From positions 124,001 to 188,000 of the IMG/VR virus record IMGVR_UViG_3300009108_000751: 64,000 bases of DNA; one strand, given 5' to 3'. The notes below the pieces were generated by a model. The model was not told the DNA's origin, did not search any database, and saw nothing but the letters and a program-made list of their open reading frames with translations. A program made the position numbers and the translations under genes. Positions 27,971 through 37,822 of the stretch are shown here, piece after piece (position 1 is the stretch's first letter; each line of letters begins with the position of its first letter).

Positions 27971-29395
27971 GTGACACAAGAGTCCGGCATATCATTCGCG
28001 TCTTATGGAAAAGACTTCCAAGAAAAAATCGTTCAAGGACTCCTTACAGACAGCATGTGGGCAGAACAAATGGCTGAGGTTATCGACACTCAGTTCTTTG
28101 ACCTGAAGTATCTCAGGTTCCTGGCAGATCGATACTTCACTTACCACCAGAAATACAAGGATTTTCCAACTCTTCCGCTTCTTGTCTCTATCATTCGTGA
28201 CGACCTGAAGACGGGTAATGATACAATCCTCCGCGACCAGATCGTTGAGTATCTCCAGCGCATCCGCCACAATCCCAACATGGGAGATTTGGAATATGTC
28301 AAGGATAAAGCACTCGACTTCTGTCGCAAGCAAGCTTTCCGAGGCGCCCTGGAAGAAGCTGTTGATCTTATTCAGGTTGACAAGTTCGACTCGGTGATGG
28401 ATCTGATGAGAAACGCCCTGTCAGTTGGTACCACACCCTCCGTTGGCCACGATTTCTTTGAAGATATGGAAGCTCGCTTCGTTCGAGTTAGTCGATCACC
28501 CATTCCAACGGGCATTGACAAGATTGATGCAAAAGATATCCTCAACGGTGGTCTAGGCAAAGGCGAGATCGGTGTCATCACAGCACCTACAGGAGTTGGC
28601 AAGTCACACATGCTGGTAAATCTTGGATGCTCAGCTTTAAAAGCAGGATTTAACGTAATACACTATACCTTTGAGCTTACCGAGACAGGTACAGGCCTTC
28701 GTTACGATTCCAATCTTTGCCAGATCCCTAGCAACGAAGTTCAGGATCGCAAGGATGAAGTTATCGAATACTACAAGGAAAAAGGTGATCAGCTCGGAAA
28801 ACTGATGATCAAGGAGTATCCTACGGGAACTGCTACCGTACAAACCCTCAGAGCGCATATAGAAAAATTAAGCTTAAAAGGATTTATTCCGCAAGTGCTG
28901 ATTATCGATTACGCAGACATTATGAGATCATCCCGACAGTATGATTCAATGAGGCATGAGCTAAAGAAGGTGTATGAGGATCTCCGAAATTTAGCAATGG
29001 AAAAGAACATGCCCATCTGGACAGCGTCCCAATCTAATAGAGACTCAGCTAACTCTGATATCGTGGGATTGGAAAACATGTCAGAATCTTACGGAAAAGC
29101 ACAAGTTGCCGATGTTGTGATCTCCATATCTCGGAAGCCCGCAGAGAAATCCGAGGGTTTCGGGCGCCTGTATATTGCTAAGAACCGAGCAGGTCGGGAC
29201 GGAATCGTGTTTCCTGTAAAACTCAATACAGCAATGAGCAGGTTCAGCATACTAGAAAATTCAGAAGAAATGTCCTTTATGGACGCAAAGAAAAAGAATG
29301 AAGGTGACCTGAAACATCTCTTGCAACAAAAGTGGAAACAAGTAAGCAAAGTTGAAGTAAAAGATAATAAGGTAAAGGAAGAAGGTAAGACGTAG
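27971..29395 (+). CDS. Replicative DnaB-like helicase (gp41-like)
   Basis: Walker A 'APTGVGKS', 'IIDYAD', 'WTASQ.NR', 'KNRAG'. Confidence 0.92.
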   Translation: MTQESGISFASYGKDFQEKIVQGLLTDSMWAEQMAEVIDTQFFDLKYLRFLADRYFTYHQKYKDFPTLPLLVSIIRDDLKTGNDTILRDQIVEYLQRIRHNPNMGDLEYVKDKALDFCRKQAFRGALEEAVDLIQVDKFDSVMDLMRNALSVGTTPSVGHDFFEDMEARFVRVSRSPIPTGIDKIDAKDILNGGLGKGEIGVITAPTGVGKSHMLVNLGCSALKAGFNVIHYTFELTETGTGLRYDSNLCQIPSNEVQDRKDEVIEYYKEKGDQLGKLMIKEYPTGTATVQTLRAHIEKLSLKGFIPQVLIIDYADIMRSSRQYDSMRHELKKVYEDLRNLAMEKNMPIWTASQSNRDSANSDIVGLENMSESYGKAQVADVVISISRKPAEKSEGFGRLYIAKNRAGRDGIVFPVKLNTAMSRFSILENSEEMSFMDAKKKNEGDLKHLLQQKWKQVSKVEVKDNKVKEEGKT

Positions 29396-29398
29396 AAG

Positions 29399-31867
29399 AT
29401 GGCAACCTATGATGACGTTTTCTCGGAGAGTTTAGAATATTTTGATGGCGACGAGCTGGCAGCCTCAGTATTCGCCACCAAGTACGCATTGCAAGATACC
29501 GAAGGTAATTTCCTAGAATCAAACCCTGATCAGATGCACCGCAGGCTCGCACGTGAGTTCGCTCGCGTTGAGGCTAAGTATGATAATCCCATGACTGAAG
29601 AGGAGGTTTACAACCTTCTAAAGGGCTTTAAGTATGTAGTCCCACAAGGATCACCAATGTCAGGTATTGGCAACTCTCACCAGATCCAGTCTCTATCTAA
29701 CTGCTTTGTAGTCGATAACCCACAAGATTCGTACGGGGGCATTCTTAAGACTGATCAAGAGCAAGTTCAGATTATGAAACGACGCGGAGGCGTAGGGTTC
29801 GATATCTCTACCATCCGTCCGCAGGGGCTGAGAACATCTAATGCTGCTAAGACAACTGACGGCATCGGTGTTTTTATGGAGCGCTTTTCTAACTCCTGTC
29901 GTGAGGTGGCGCAAGGCGGTCGCAGAGGTGCACTCATGCTCACCATCTCAGTTCATCACCCTGATATTGAGACATTCATCAACATCAAGCGCGATCTGTC
30001 CAAAGTGACAGGGGCTAATATTTCAATTCGACTGACTGATGAGTTTATGCAAGCTGTCGAGAACGACGCTGATTACGAGTTGCGCTTCCCGGTAGAACCC
30101 GAAGAAGAAAGAGTTGTAACTCAGCAAGCTTCTGCATCTAATATTTGGGATCAGATCATCGAGTCAGCACACGGGTCAGCAGAGCCAGGTTTGCTCTTCT
30201 GGGATAATGTTCTCAATTATACACCTGCGCAGATCTACAAGGACCAGGGATTTCACACCATTAGCACCAATCCGTGCAGTGAGATCACGCTGTCAGCTTA
30301 CGATAGCTGCAGACTTCTTCTCCTCAACCTGACTTCTTTTGTTGAAAATCCCTTCCAGGATAGCGCTCGTTTCGATTACGAGCTTTTTAGCGAATGCACC
30401 CAGAAGGCACAAAGATTAATGGACGATCTTATTGATCTTGAGATTGAGTGCGTTGATCGAATTATTAAAAAGATCAAGAAAGATCCGGAGTCAAAGGATG
30501 CAAAGCGTGTTGAGCTTGAACTCTGGCAGAAGATCCGCAAGGCAGCCCTCGACGGCCGCCGAACCGGCCTCGGTGTGACAGGCTTGGGTGATACCCTCGC
30601 GATGCTCAATCTCAACTACGGTTCTCCCGATAGCATTCAAGAGACAGAGGACATCTACCGCACGCTTTCCATCGCTGCTTACAAGAGCTCATGTCAGCTT
30701 GCAGCTGAACGAGGTGCCTTCCCTGTCTACAGCTACGAGCAAGAGGAGGGGCACCCCTTTATGGAGCGCCTCTTTAAAGCCTACCCACAGTTACGACATT
30801 TACACCGAGAGCACGGAAGGCGTAACATTGCCTTAACCACCACTGCTCCGTGCGGAAGCGTTTCTACGTTAACGCAGACAACGTCAGGTATCGAACCTGC
30901 ATTCATGCTCAAGTACACGAGGCGCAAGAAGATCAATCCGAATGATCCTGATGCTCAAGTTGATTTCGTGGACGATCTCGGTGATAAGTGGCAGGAGTTT
31001 GATGTCTATCACCACAACTTCAAGAAGTGGATGGACGTCACTGGTAAAGCTGAGATCAATGATAGCCCATACGCAGGATCGACCGCCAACGAGATCGTAT
31101 GGGAGTCAGCAGTAGATATCCAGGCTGCAGCACAGCTCTGGGTGTGCCATGCGATCAGCAAGACGATCAATCTACCCGGGGATGTTTCTGTTGACGATGT
31201 TAAGAAAGTGTATTGGCGTGGGTGGAAGAAGGGCCTGAAGGGAGTCACAGTATATCGCGACGGTTCCCGCTCAGGTGTATTAGTATCTGATGATGCTGCA
31301 GCAAAAAACCAAGACGGTTTTTATGAGACTCCTGCCCCAAAACGCCCAGAAACTTTGACATGTGAGATTCATCACGCCTCTATCAGGGGTGAGAAATGGA
31401 CCATTGTCATGGGATTGATGGACGGAAAGCCATACGAGATCTTTGGGGGAATGGCTAACAAGATTGAGATTCCTCGATACTATAAGAAGGGAACACTCAC
31501 TAAGCGCCCACGAAAGACAAAGAACTCTATTTATGATCTTCGTTTCGGTCATGAAGGAGATGAGTTTTGCATCAAGGACGTGGTTGAAGTATTTGATAAT
31601 CCAAACTACTCAGCATTCACTCGAACTATCTCACTGGCTTTGCGCCACGGAGCTCCTGTTTCCTTTATGGTCGAGCAGCTCCAGAAAGACAAAGAAGCAG
31701 ATATGTTCTCTTTTTCTCGAGTCATCGCTCGAGTTCTCAAGAACTACATCAAAGATGGAACTAAAGCCTCTGAAAAGACGTGCGAAAATTGTGGAGCTGA
31801 AGGGACATTAATCTATCAAGAAGGTTGTGTTACTTGCCTAAGCTGCGGCACTGGCAAGTGCGGTTAA
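29399..31867 (+). CDS. nrdJ: Class II (B12-dependent) ribonucleotide reductase with C-terminal Zn-ribbon
   Basis: 'LSNCFV', 'GGVG', 'RRGALM', 'TNPCSEI', 'TAPCGS', 'KGVTVYRDG', C-terminal 'C..CG...EGC..C..CG..KC'; no beta subunit nearby. Confidence 0.9.
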   Translation: MATYDDVFSESLEYFDGDELAASVFATKYALQDTEGNFLESNPDQMHRRLAREFARVEAKYDNPMTEEEVYNLLKGFKYVVPQGSPMSGIGNSHQIQSLSNCFVVDNPQDSYGGILKTDQEQVQIMKRRGGVGFDISTIRPQGLRTSNAAKTTDGIGVFMERFSNSCREVAQGGRRGALMLTISVHHPDIETFINIKRDLSKVTGANISIRLTDEFMQAVENDADYELRFPVEPEEERVVTQQASASNIWDQIIESAHGSAEPGLLFWDNVLNYTPAQIYKDQGFHTISTNPCSEITLSAYDSCRLLLLNLTSFVENPFQDSARFDYELFSECTQKAQRLMDDLIDLEIECVDRIIKKIKKDPESKDAKRVELELWQKIRKAALDGRRTGLGVTGLGDTLAMLNLNYGSPDSIQETEDIYRTLSIAAYKSSCQLAAERGAFPVYSYEQEEGHPFMERLFKAYPQLRHLHREHGRRNIALTTTAPCGSVSTLTQTTSGIEPAFMLKYTRRKKINPNDPDAQVDFVDDLGDKWQEFDVYHHNFKKWMDVTGKAEINDSPYAGSTANEIVWESAVDIQAAAQLWVCHAISKTINLPGDVSVDDVKKVYWRGWKKGLKGVTVYRDGSRSGVLVSDDAAAKNQDGFYETPAPKRPETLTCEIHHASIRGEKWTIVMGLMDGKPYEIFGGMANKIEIPRYYKKGTLTKRPRKTKNSIYDLRFGHEGDEFCIKDVVEVFDNPNYSAFTRTISLALRHGAPVSFMVEQLQKDKEADMFSFSRVIARVLKNYIKDGTKASEKTCENCGAEGTLIYQEGCVTCLSCGTGKCG

Positions 31868-31887
31868 TTTAATTAAAAGAGGTAAAA

Positions 31888-32490
31888 TTGAAGAAGCAGG
31901 TTAAAGTTGATGGACGAATTAGCGAAGTAAAGCTAATGAACAATCCTATTGTGGTTCGGGTTAATAAATTTAATGAAGATGGTGCTAAGAAGTTCACGCA
32001 GGATATGGCGTCAGCTCATAACTCTGGTCAAAGCATCATTCCTATCGTGATCGACTCCTACGGAGGTCAAGTTTACTCTTTGATGTCAATGATCTCAGAC
32101 ATCAAGTGTGCAGACTTACCTGTTGCTACCATAGTGGAAGGTAAGGCTATGTCTTGCGGAGCTGTTCTTTTCACGTTTGGAGAAGACGGTCATCGATACA
32201 TGGCACCTGATGCTACGGTGATGATTCACGACGTGAGCAGCGGCGGTTTTGGCAAAGTGGAGGAACTTAAAGCTGATGCAGCCGAAGCCGATCGATTAGA
32301 CCAAAAGATCTTCTCGATGATGTCACAAAACTGCGGTAAGAAAGACGACTACTTCAAGAAGATCGTCCATAAGAAAGGTCACGCCGACTGGTTCCTGGAT
32401 GCTGATGAGTGCAAGAAACATAACATCTGCAATCACATTCGTGTTCCGTCATTTACGGTTAGCATCGACGTGAATATGGAACTTGACTAG
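31888..32490 (+). CDS. clpP: ClpP-like protease
   Basis: 'IDSYGG', 'GKAMSCG' (Ser), 'MIHD' (His), 'DWFLDA.E'. Confidence 0.85.
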   Translation: MKKQVKVDGRISEVKLMNNPIVVRVNKFNEDGAKKFTQDMASAHNSGQSIIPIVIDSYGGQVYSLMSMISDIKCADLPVATIVEGKAMSCGAVLFTFGEDGHRYMAPDATVMIHDVSSGGFGKVEELKADAAEADRLDQKIFSMMSQNCGKKDDYFKKIVHKKGHADWFLDADECKKHNICNHIRVPSFTVSIDVNMELD

Positions 32491-33112
32491 CAAGCGACTA
32501 GTACTCATTGGATTTTTTCTTTTGGGGTGCGAACCAGAAGAGCACGTAGTTGATTATCCGGATCACGGCGCTCACCCCATCAAGGTTACGAGCATAGAAG
32601 AAGGTATCCAGGCTTTCTCTCTAGACGATGACTTTGTGCTAGGAAAGCTATCAGACAATCAGCTTGTTAACGTTGTCACGATTATGGATGTTGCTAAAAA
32701 GCAAAAATTTGATGAGTTTACGCTGCTGGCTATTGCATTCCGAGAATCATCTTTCAAGACGGGACTAATATCCAGACAGGGAGATGTAGGAGTCTTCCAG
32801 ATCAACGGTCGCTGGTGGTGGAAGAAACTAGGATACACAAGTCGGGCAGACTTTACTGCAAAAAACCAAGACGTAGCTACCAGCGCAAGAAACGCGATCA
32901 TTATTATAAAAAAATTTAAGAGATTCAAGACCTGTCGAGGAGATAAGGTTTTTGCCTGCTATAACGGCGGGCCAGGATGGCAACTCTCCAAGAACGTTGA
33001 AAAGATCAAAGCTTACCAGAAACGTGTTATTCGTGCCCGATACTTAATTTCGCGCCACATGAAGCGTTGGAAGCAGGAGATCAAAGGTGAGCGATCCCAA
33101 CCATCCCCGTAA
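32483..33112 (+). CDS. Lytic transglycosylase (SLT), predicted lipoprotein
   Basis: Lipobox LLGC; 'AIAFRESSF', 'GVFQIN', 'YNGG'. Confidence 0.8.
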   Translation: MTSKRLVLIGFFLLGCEPEEHVVDYPDHGAHPIKVTSIEEGIQAFSLDDDFVLGKLSDNQLVNVVTIMDVAKKQKFDEFTLLAIAFRESSFKTGLISRQGDVGVFQINGRWWWKKLGYTSRADFTAKNQDVATSARNAIIIIKKFKRFKTCRGDKVFACYNGGPGWQLSKNVEKIKAYQKRVIRARYLISRHMKRWKQEIKGERSQPSP

Positions 33113-33374
33113 GTTCGGTGGGGGAAAGTTTCGTATCCACCATGTTGTGGATGACTGGGATCTTGGGTTCTATGATGGAAGCGCAGTCAAGCTCATTCTC
33201 GAGGCAAAATTTGGCGAGCAAGAGATACAAGATATAGAAAAAGCGATAGAGTATCTTAGGCACCAAATTAGGTCGAGGGGTGAAGAGATTGAACGAGCAA
33301 ATGAGGAACAGACTGCGACTTGGCGCCCTGGCTGTGGTAATTACATCGTTAGTGATACCGAATCCGACGATTGA
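33087..33374 (+). CDS. DUF3310-like protein
   Basis: 'NHP..F', 'GF..GSAVK.I', 'QDIEKAIEYL'. Confidence 0.6.
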   Translation: MSDPNHPRKFGGGKFRIHHVVDDWDLGFYDGSAVKLILEAKFGEQEIQDIEKAIEYLRHQIRSRGEEIERANEEQTATWRPGCGNYIVSDTESDD

Positions 33375-33476
33375 CGCCCTCTCTCGCATAGCCCTTATCG
33401 GACTTTTTGCCGACTGGGCATATCAGCTATATAAACGTTCATAAAACTTAGTATAATACGTCATTGGAGCTTTGAA

Positions 33477-33713
33477 ATGGCAAAGAAGATTTATCGTCTT
33501 GATGATGAAGTGGTCGCAGAAGTGGCCCGTTCCCTACAGCGCGCCCTGCTTACAGGCACTGACATTGTTGATCACATTCGCGCTATTGAACTTAACGTTG
33601 CTCGAGGGTCAAACATGATCGTATTAAGCCCAGAGTATCTTGAAAGAACCCAGACAAATGACCAACGCATGGTCGACGAAGCTGAAGAATTATCTTTCGA
33701 GGGTGAAAAATAA
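33477..33713 (+). CDS. Hypothetical protein
   Basis: SD ggag; 'LQRALLTGTDIVDH.R'. Confidence 0.7.
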   Translation: MAKKIYRLDDEVVAEVARSLQRALLTGTDIVDHIRAIELNVARGSNMIVLSPEYLERTQTNDQRMVDEAEELSFEGEK

Positions 33714-33714
33714 A

Positions 33715-34083
33715 TTGGATCGTCTTGAGCAGATATTCTGGCTGCAAGAATCATTTATGAAGGTGCTCTCCGACAACAAGGAGAAGCTTCCAGAATGGCC
33801 TGTGGATCCTTCTGACAAGAAAGCCCAGCAGTTTATAAGGGATATTATCCATCGAGGCACAGAGGAGGCTTTCGAAGCTCTCCTCCACCTTAAGAACTGG
33901 AAGCCTCATAAGCACACCGAGGTCAAAGAGTTTGACAGAGATGCTTTTCTCGAGGAAATGGTAGATGATTTCACCTATAAGCTCGAAGCTCTTATTCTAA
34001 TGGGGTTTACACCCGAAGACTTCTTTAAGTCATTCTGCTTGAAAAACGGCAAGAATGTTAATCGTGTAAGAGGTGATTATTAA
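33715..34083 (+). CDS. All-alpha NTP pyrophosphatase (dimeric dUTPase/dCTPase, MazG-like)
   Basis: 'EEAFEAL...NWKPHK', 'LEEMVD', 'KN..N..R'; start at TTG 33715 or GTG 33703. Confidence 0.75.
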   Translation: MDRLEQIFWLQESFMKVLSDNKEKLPEWPVDPSDKKAQQFIRDIIHRGTEEAFEALLHLKNWKPHKHTEVKEFDRDAFLEEMVDDFTYKLEALILMGFTPEDFFKSFCLKNGKNVNRVRGDY

Positions 34084-34092
34084 GTCTTAAGT

Positions 34093-34102
34093 GATATTTA
34101 GT
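34093..34102 (+). promoter_or_regulatory. Putative late promoter (gatatttagt)
   Basis: ATATTTA upstream of the fibre cassette. Confidence 0.6.
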
Positions 34103-34118
34103 ATTGCGAGAGACTATA

Positions 34119-35426
34119 ATGCCCCTTACTCGAATCCGAACAGACGATCTACTGTCAGGTTCTGTAGCTAACGGAACTTTAAATGCGACTGCGATCACCG
34201 GACAAGCTGCTGCAACGTCAGCAGATGACGCTGACTTAGTCCTAATATACGACAACGGCGCTTCTGCTCTTAAAAAGATGACGCGTGCTAATTTTACCGC
34301 AGGCCTCTCAACCACGCTTTCCGGTGCATATGACGCAGGCAGATTTATCACTGCTTCTAATGGCGCCGTTGATATTCAAGTTTCAAGTAATACAAACGCT
34401 CCAACTGAACTGCTCAGGCTTGTAGTATCAGGTAATGTAAGCGGCACCGACTCCGGGCCAAGATTATCTTTCCATGTACCGTACTCAGACACCGCTTACA
34501 TAGGTGCAGCGATTGACGGAATTAAAAGTCAGACGTCAGAGAATAACTCTACAACTGAGTTCCAGTTCTCCACGTCAGATAATAATCAAACCCTTTCGCA
34601 TAACGTAACAATAAATACAAACGGCCTAGCAGTCGCAGGCACCTCGGCCACAGTTCCCACCCTCGGCAGCGAACCTCATGCATTTTATGTCGCGACCACC
34701 GGTGACGGTAGTGCGCTGACTGTTAAAAATAGCAATGGTTACGTAGGCATAGGTGAGACAAGCCCAGATTATAATCTTCACATATCTTCTACAGGAGATG
34801 CGGCGATCTTTATCGAAGCAGACACTGACAATTCAGGCGAGGCGGATAATCCCTTTATAAAGCTTTCGCAAGACAACACAGCAGTGCAATCTATCATAGG
34901 TCTTTGCGGCGCTACTGACAAGGATCCTGAGAATAACACTTACACAGGTGTTGTTAATAACAACATGCTGATAGGAACCACGACAAACTACGGTTTACAG
35001 ATTGGCACCAACGATAACGTAAGGATAACAGTTGAGAACGATGGTGACATTAAGCTAGTATCAACTAAAGACGACACAACATCTTCCTCTGCTAACTTGT
35101 TTATAAATTCAAGCACGGGATTCCTTGCAAGGTCAACCTCGGACAGGCGTCAAAAGAAAGATATAACTGCTATTTCAAGTTCTCTTGATGATCTCTGTAG
35201 GCTTTCTCCTAGGCATTTTTACGACGTCAATGACGAAAACAACGAAGTTAGAATTGCGGGCTTTGTTGCTGATGAAGTTCAACCTGTTTTCCCCGAGCTT
35301 GTACCTGAGAGAGAGCTACCAGAGGAGATCTACAGGTCAGTAGCTTACGATCGACTTGGTGCATATATAGTTAGCGCGATTAAAGAGATAAAGCAGCGAT
35401 TAGAAGCTTTAGAAGGCGGGAGTTAA
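34119..35426 (+). CDS. Tail fibre/spike with C-terminal intramolecular chaperone (peptidase S74)
   Basis: 'SDRRQKKDI', 'GFVADEV..VFPELV', 'VAYD.L...IVSAIKE' coiled coil; 'VGIG...P..LHI' repeat. Confidence 0.85.
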   Translation: MPLTRIRTDDLLSGSVANGTLNATAITGQAAATSADDADLVLIYDNGASALKKMTRANFTAGLSTTLSGAYDAGRFITASNGAVDIQVSSNTNAPTELLRLVVSGNVSGTDSGPRLSFHVPYSDTAYIGAAIDGIKSQTSENNSTTEFQFSTSDNNQTLSHNVTINTNGLAVAGTSATVPTLGSEPHAFYVATTGDGSALTVKNSNGYVGIGETSPDYNLHISSTGDAAIFIEADTDNSGEADNPFIKLSQDNTAVQSIIGLCGATDKDPENNTYTGVVNNNMLIGTTTNYGLQIGTNDNVRITVENDGDIKLVSTKDDTTSSSANLFINSSTGFLARSTSDRRQKKDITAISSSLDDLCRLSPRHFYDVNDENNEVRIAGFVADEVQPVFPELVPERELPEEIYRSVAYDRLGAYIVSAIKEIKQRLEALEGGS

Positions 35427-35428
35427 TA

Positions 35429-37777
35429 ATGGGCACAACAGGAATACGCGGAACACAGATTAAAGACGAGACGGTGAAGTCCATCGACATAGCGTCGGGA
35501 TCCATCAAGAAGGGCGAAGTCAGCTCGCAAGTGATATCAAGCCAGGCGACCATAGACTCGGTTGACACTTCCAACGACATGCTCCTTATTTACGATGCTA
35601 ACAATGATGCACTTAAGAAAGTGGCACCTACCAACCTAGGCGTAGGCGGATCCGGATCTCCTGGTGGGTCTGATACTCAAGTTCAATACAATAATGGCGG
35701 CTCCTTTGGCGGTGCCACACAGCTTATATACGATGATTCAAACCATCGGTTAGGCATAGGATCAACTAGTGCTCCCGACTACACACTAGATGTAGCCGGA
35801 AACATTGGAGTAGATCAATACATCTATCACAATGGAGATGGCAACACGCTCATCAATTTTACTGATGATAAAATAATCCTCAAGGCTGGCGGCAAAGCCA
35901 TGATTACTATGGAGGAAAAAGGTTCTGCACCCCACGAAATTACGCTTAACGATGGAGGCAACAATATTGACTTTGTTGTCAAGGGTAACGGCTCCAATGC
36001 AGGAAACCCCGCATTTAAGGTGGACGCTTCTAACAATAGGGTGGGGATTAACGGGGTGGGCGACCCCAGCGTGGAGTTGGACGTCAGTGGCGATGTTAAC
36101 TTTGATGGTGCTGCCGTGTTCAACGAATCAAGCGCAGACAAAGATTTTCGTGTAGAGAGCAATGGCAATGCTAACATGCTTTTCGTCAACGGCGGCACCG
36201 ATCGGGTTGGTATCGGAACTGATACACCTCTAACTACATTGCATATAAGTGGAGCCGCGGCAACCGATTCTTGCATTACTATTCAAGGTCAGGCCGACGC
36301 CGGCATACGTCTTGCAGCGGATAAAGCCAACGGTGATGAAGGCAACAACCCCTATATCGACTGGTATCAAGACGGTCAAAACCCGACAAGTAGAAACAAT
36401 AGAGTGGCAGTGATTGCTATGGAAGGTGACGCCGGCACCGCCTTTACAGGATCCTTGGCGAACTCTCTTTTCGTCGACACTTTCTGCCCTAATTCACAGC
36501 AGTCAAATGTAAGAAGATTCCAGATCGCCACTGATTGCTCCTCCTCATCGGACGGTGCAAACCACAGCGCTAGATTAACCATTGAGGGAGGCCACGGTTA
36601 TGTCGGGCTTCACACGAATGCTGCAACATCTCCTCTCCACGTCTACTCAAATGAAAGTGGAAACTTCGCCGCACTGATCGACAATGATAACGGTTCATCT
36701 GGGCACGGCTTAAAAGTTACAAGCGACGGCACAGGCACCGGAACTAACCTTCTCGATGTTGAGGCAGCTTCAACTACGGTATTCCGAGTTAGAGGCGACG
36801 GTCGCGTTGGTATCGGCAAGGTATCATCGCTGCCGGCAGCTGTTCTCACGGTTTCCAGCAGTAATACAGACGGCGATATCGCTGTAGCACACAAGATACA
36901 ACACATTGGTGACTCGGATACCTACATTGAGTTTGCTGACGATGAAATTGCACTGGCCGCCGGCGGCAGAACATTCATAAAAATAGAAGAAGCCAGCACA
37001 GATAAATTGATAATAAATAACGGCGGTTTAGACATTGATTTAAAAGTAAGTGGTGAAAATCTAGCCAATCTTATTCGAACCGACGCCGCGAATGATCGGG
37101 TTGGCATAGGAACAAGCAGTCCGGACGGTATCCTTCACATCGATAACGGAACCTCCAACACCGAGGTCATCATCGAGAAAGACGCAGGCACTTCAGGTAG
37201 CATCGTGTTCCACAACGCTGGAACCCGAGAAGCAGACATCGCCTTCTCTACCAACGAGGACATTGAGATCACCAACTGGGTGGCCGACAAGGACATCACG
37301 CTTAATATTGTCTCCGGAAGTACAGAAGCAGCAGCACTTACAATAGATGCTAGCACAGGTGCACTCATCGCTAATAAGCAGTTCGCTCGAGGAGTTGCTT
37401 CGCTCAATCTGGGCAGCGGCACAACTTCAACTATAGATCCCTCAGTGGAAGGTGCTGGAACTATTCTAGTAACCTGTTCTTCGATCACTGTTCCCACCAG
37501 TGAGCCAAACGAAAGCCAACACATTTGCTCCATTCCTGACGGCAAGATCGCCGGCCAAATATTGACCGTCTGCCTCATCACAGATTGCCTAGATGGTTCA
37601 ACCGGTCTCGATAGCATGGGCGCATTAATTTTTGGAATGGACACTCCCATACCGTCGTCCAGGGCACTCACGACCATGGGCTCAGCGCTGGGTGGCACAC
37701 CGCAAGGTGCCAGCTTTACCTTATTGTGGACTGGGAGCGGATGGATGGTATTGTCCACGTTCGGCGGCATATCCTGA
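35429..37777 (+). CDS. Long fibre-like virion protein with repeated beta modules
   Basis: Repeated 'RVGIG...P...L.V' units, 'PGGSDTQVQYN.GG.FGG', internal duplications. Confidence 0.75.
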   Translation: MGTTGIRGTQIKDETVKSIDIASGSIKKGEVSSQVISSQATIDSVDTSNDMLLIYDANNDALKKVAPTNLGVGGSGSPGGSDTQVQYNNGGSFGGATQLIYDDSNHRLGIGSTSAPDYTLDVAGNIGVDQYIYHNGDGNTLINFTDDKIILKAGGKAMITMEEKGSAPHEITLNDGGNNIDFVVKGNGSNAGNPAFKVDASNNRVGINGVGDPSVELDVSGDVNFDGAAVFNESSADKDFRVESNGNANMLFVNGGTDRVGIGTDTPLTTLHISGAAATDSCITIQGQADAGIRLAADKANGDEGNNPYIDWYQDGQNPTSRNNRVAVIAMEGDAGTAFTGSLANSLFVDTFCPNSQQSNVRRFQIATDCSSSSDGANHSARLTIEGGHGYVGLHTNAATSPLHVYSNESGNFAALIDNDNGSSGHGLKVTSDGTGTGTNLLDVEAASTTVFRVRGDGRVGIGKVSSLPAAVLTVSSSNTDGDIAVAHKIQHIGDSDTYIEFADDEIALAAGGRTFIKIEEASTDKLIINNGGLDIDLKVSGENLANLIRTDAANDRVGIGTSSPDGILHIDNGTSNTEVIIEKDAGTSGSIVFHNAGTREADIAFSTNEDIEITNWVADKDITLNIVSGSTEAAALTIDASTGALIANKQFARGVASLNLGSGTTSTIDPSVEGAGTILVTCSSITVPTSEPNESQHICSIPDGKIAGQILTVCLITDCLDGSTGLDSMGALIFGMDTPIPSSRALTTMGSALGGTPQGASFTLLWTGSGWMVLSTFGGIS

Positions 37778-37787
37778 TCTTCCTGGC

Positions 37788-37816
37788 TTGAACAATATGA
37801 AAATAGTGCATACAAT
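37788..37816 (+). promoter_or_regulatory. sigma70-like promoter TTGAAC-N17-TACAAT
   Basis: Spacing counted; ATG 37823 follows closely. Confidence 0.7.
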
Positions 37817-37822
37817 GCTTAT

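Noticed and set aside
33375-33470. Possible structured RNA in the intergenic gap (gccc..tcgg..ccga..gggc)
   Set aside because: Weak single-copy stem with no further support; may just be a terminator or promoter region
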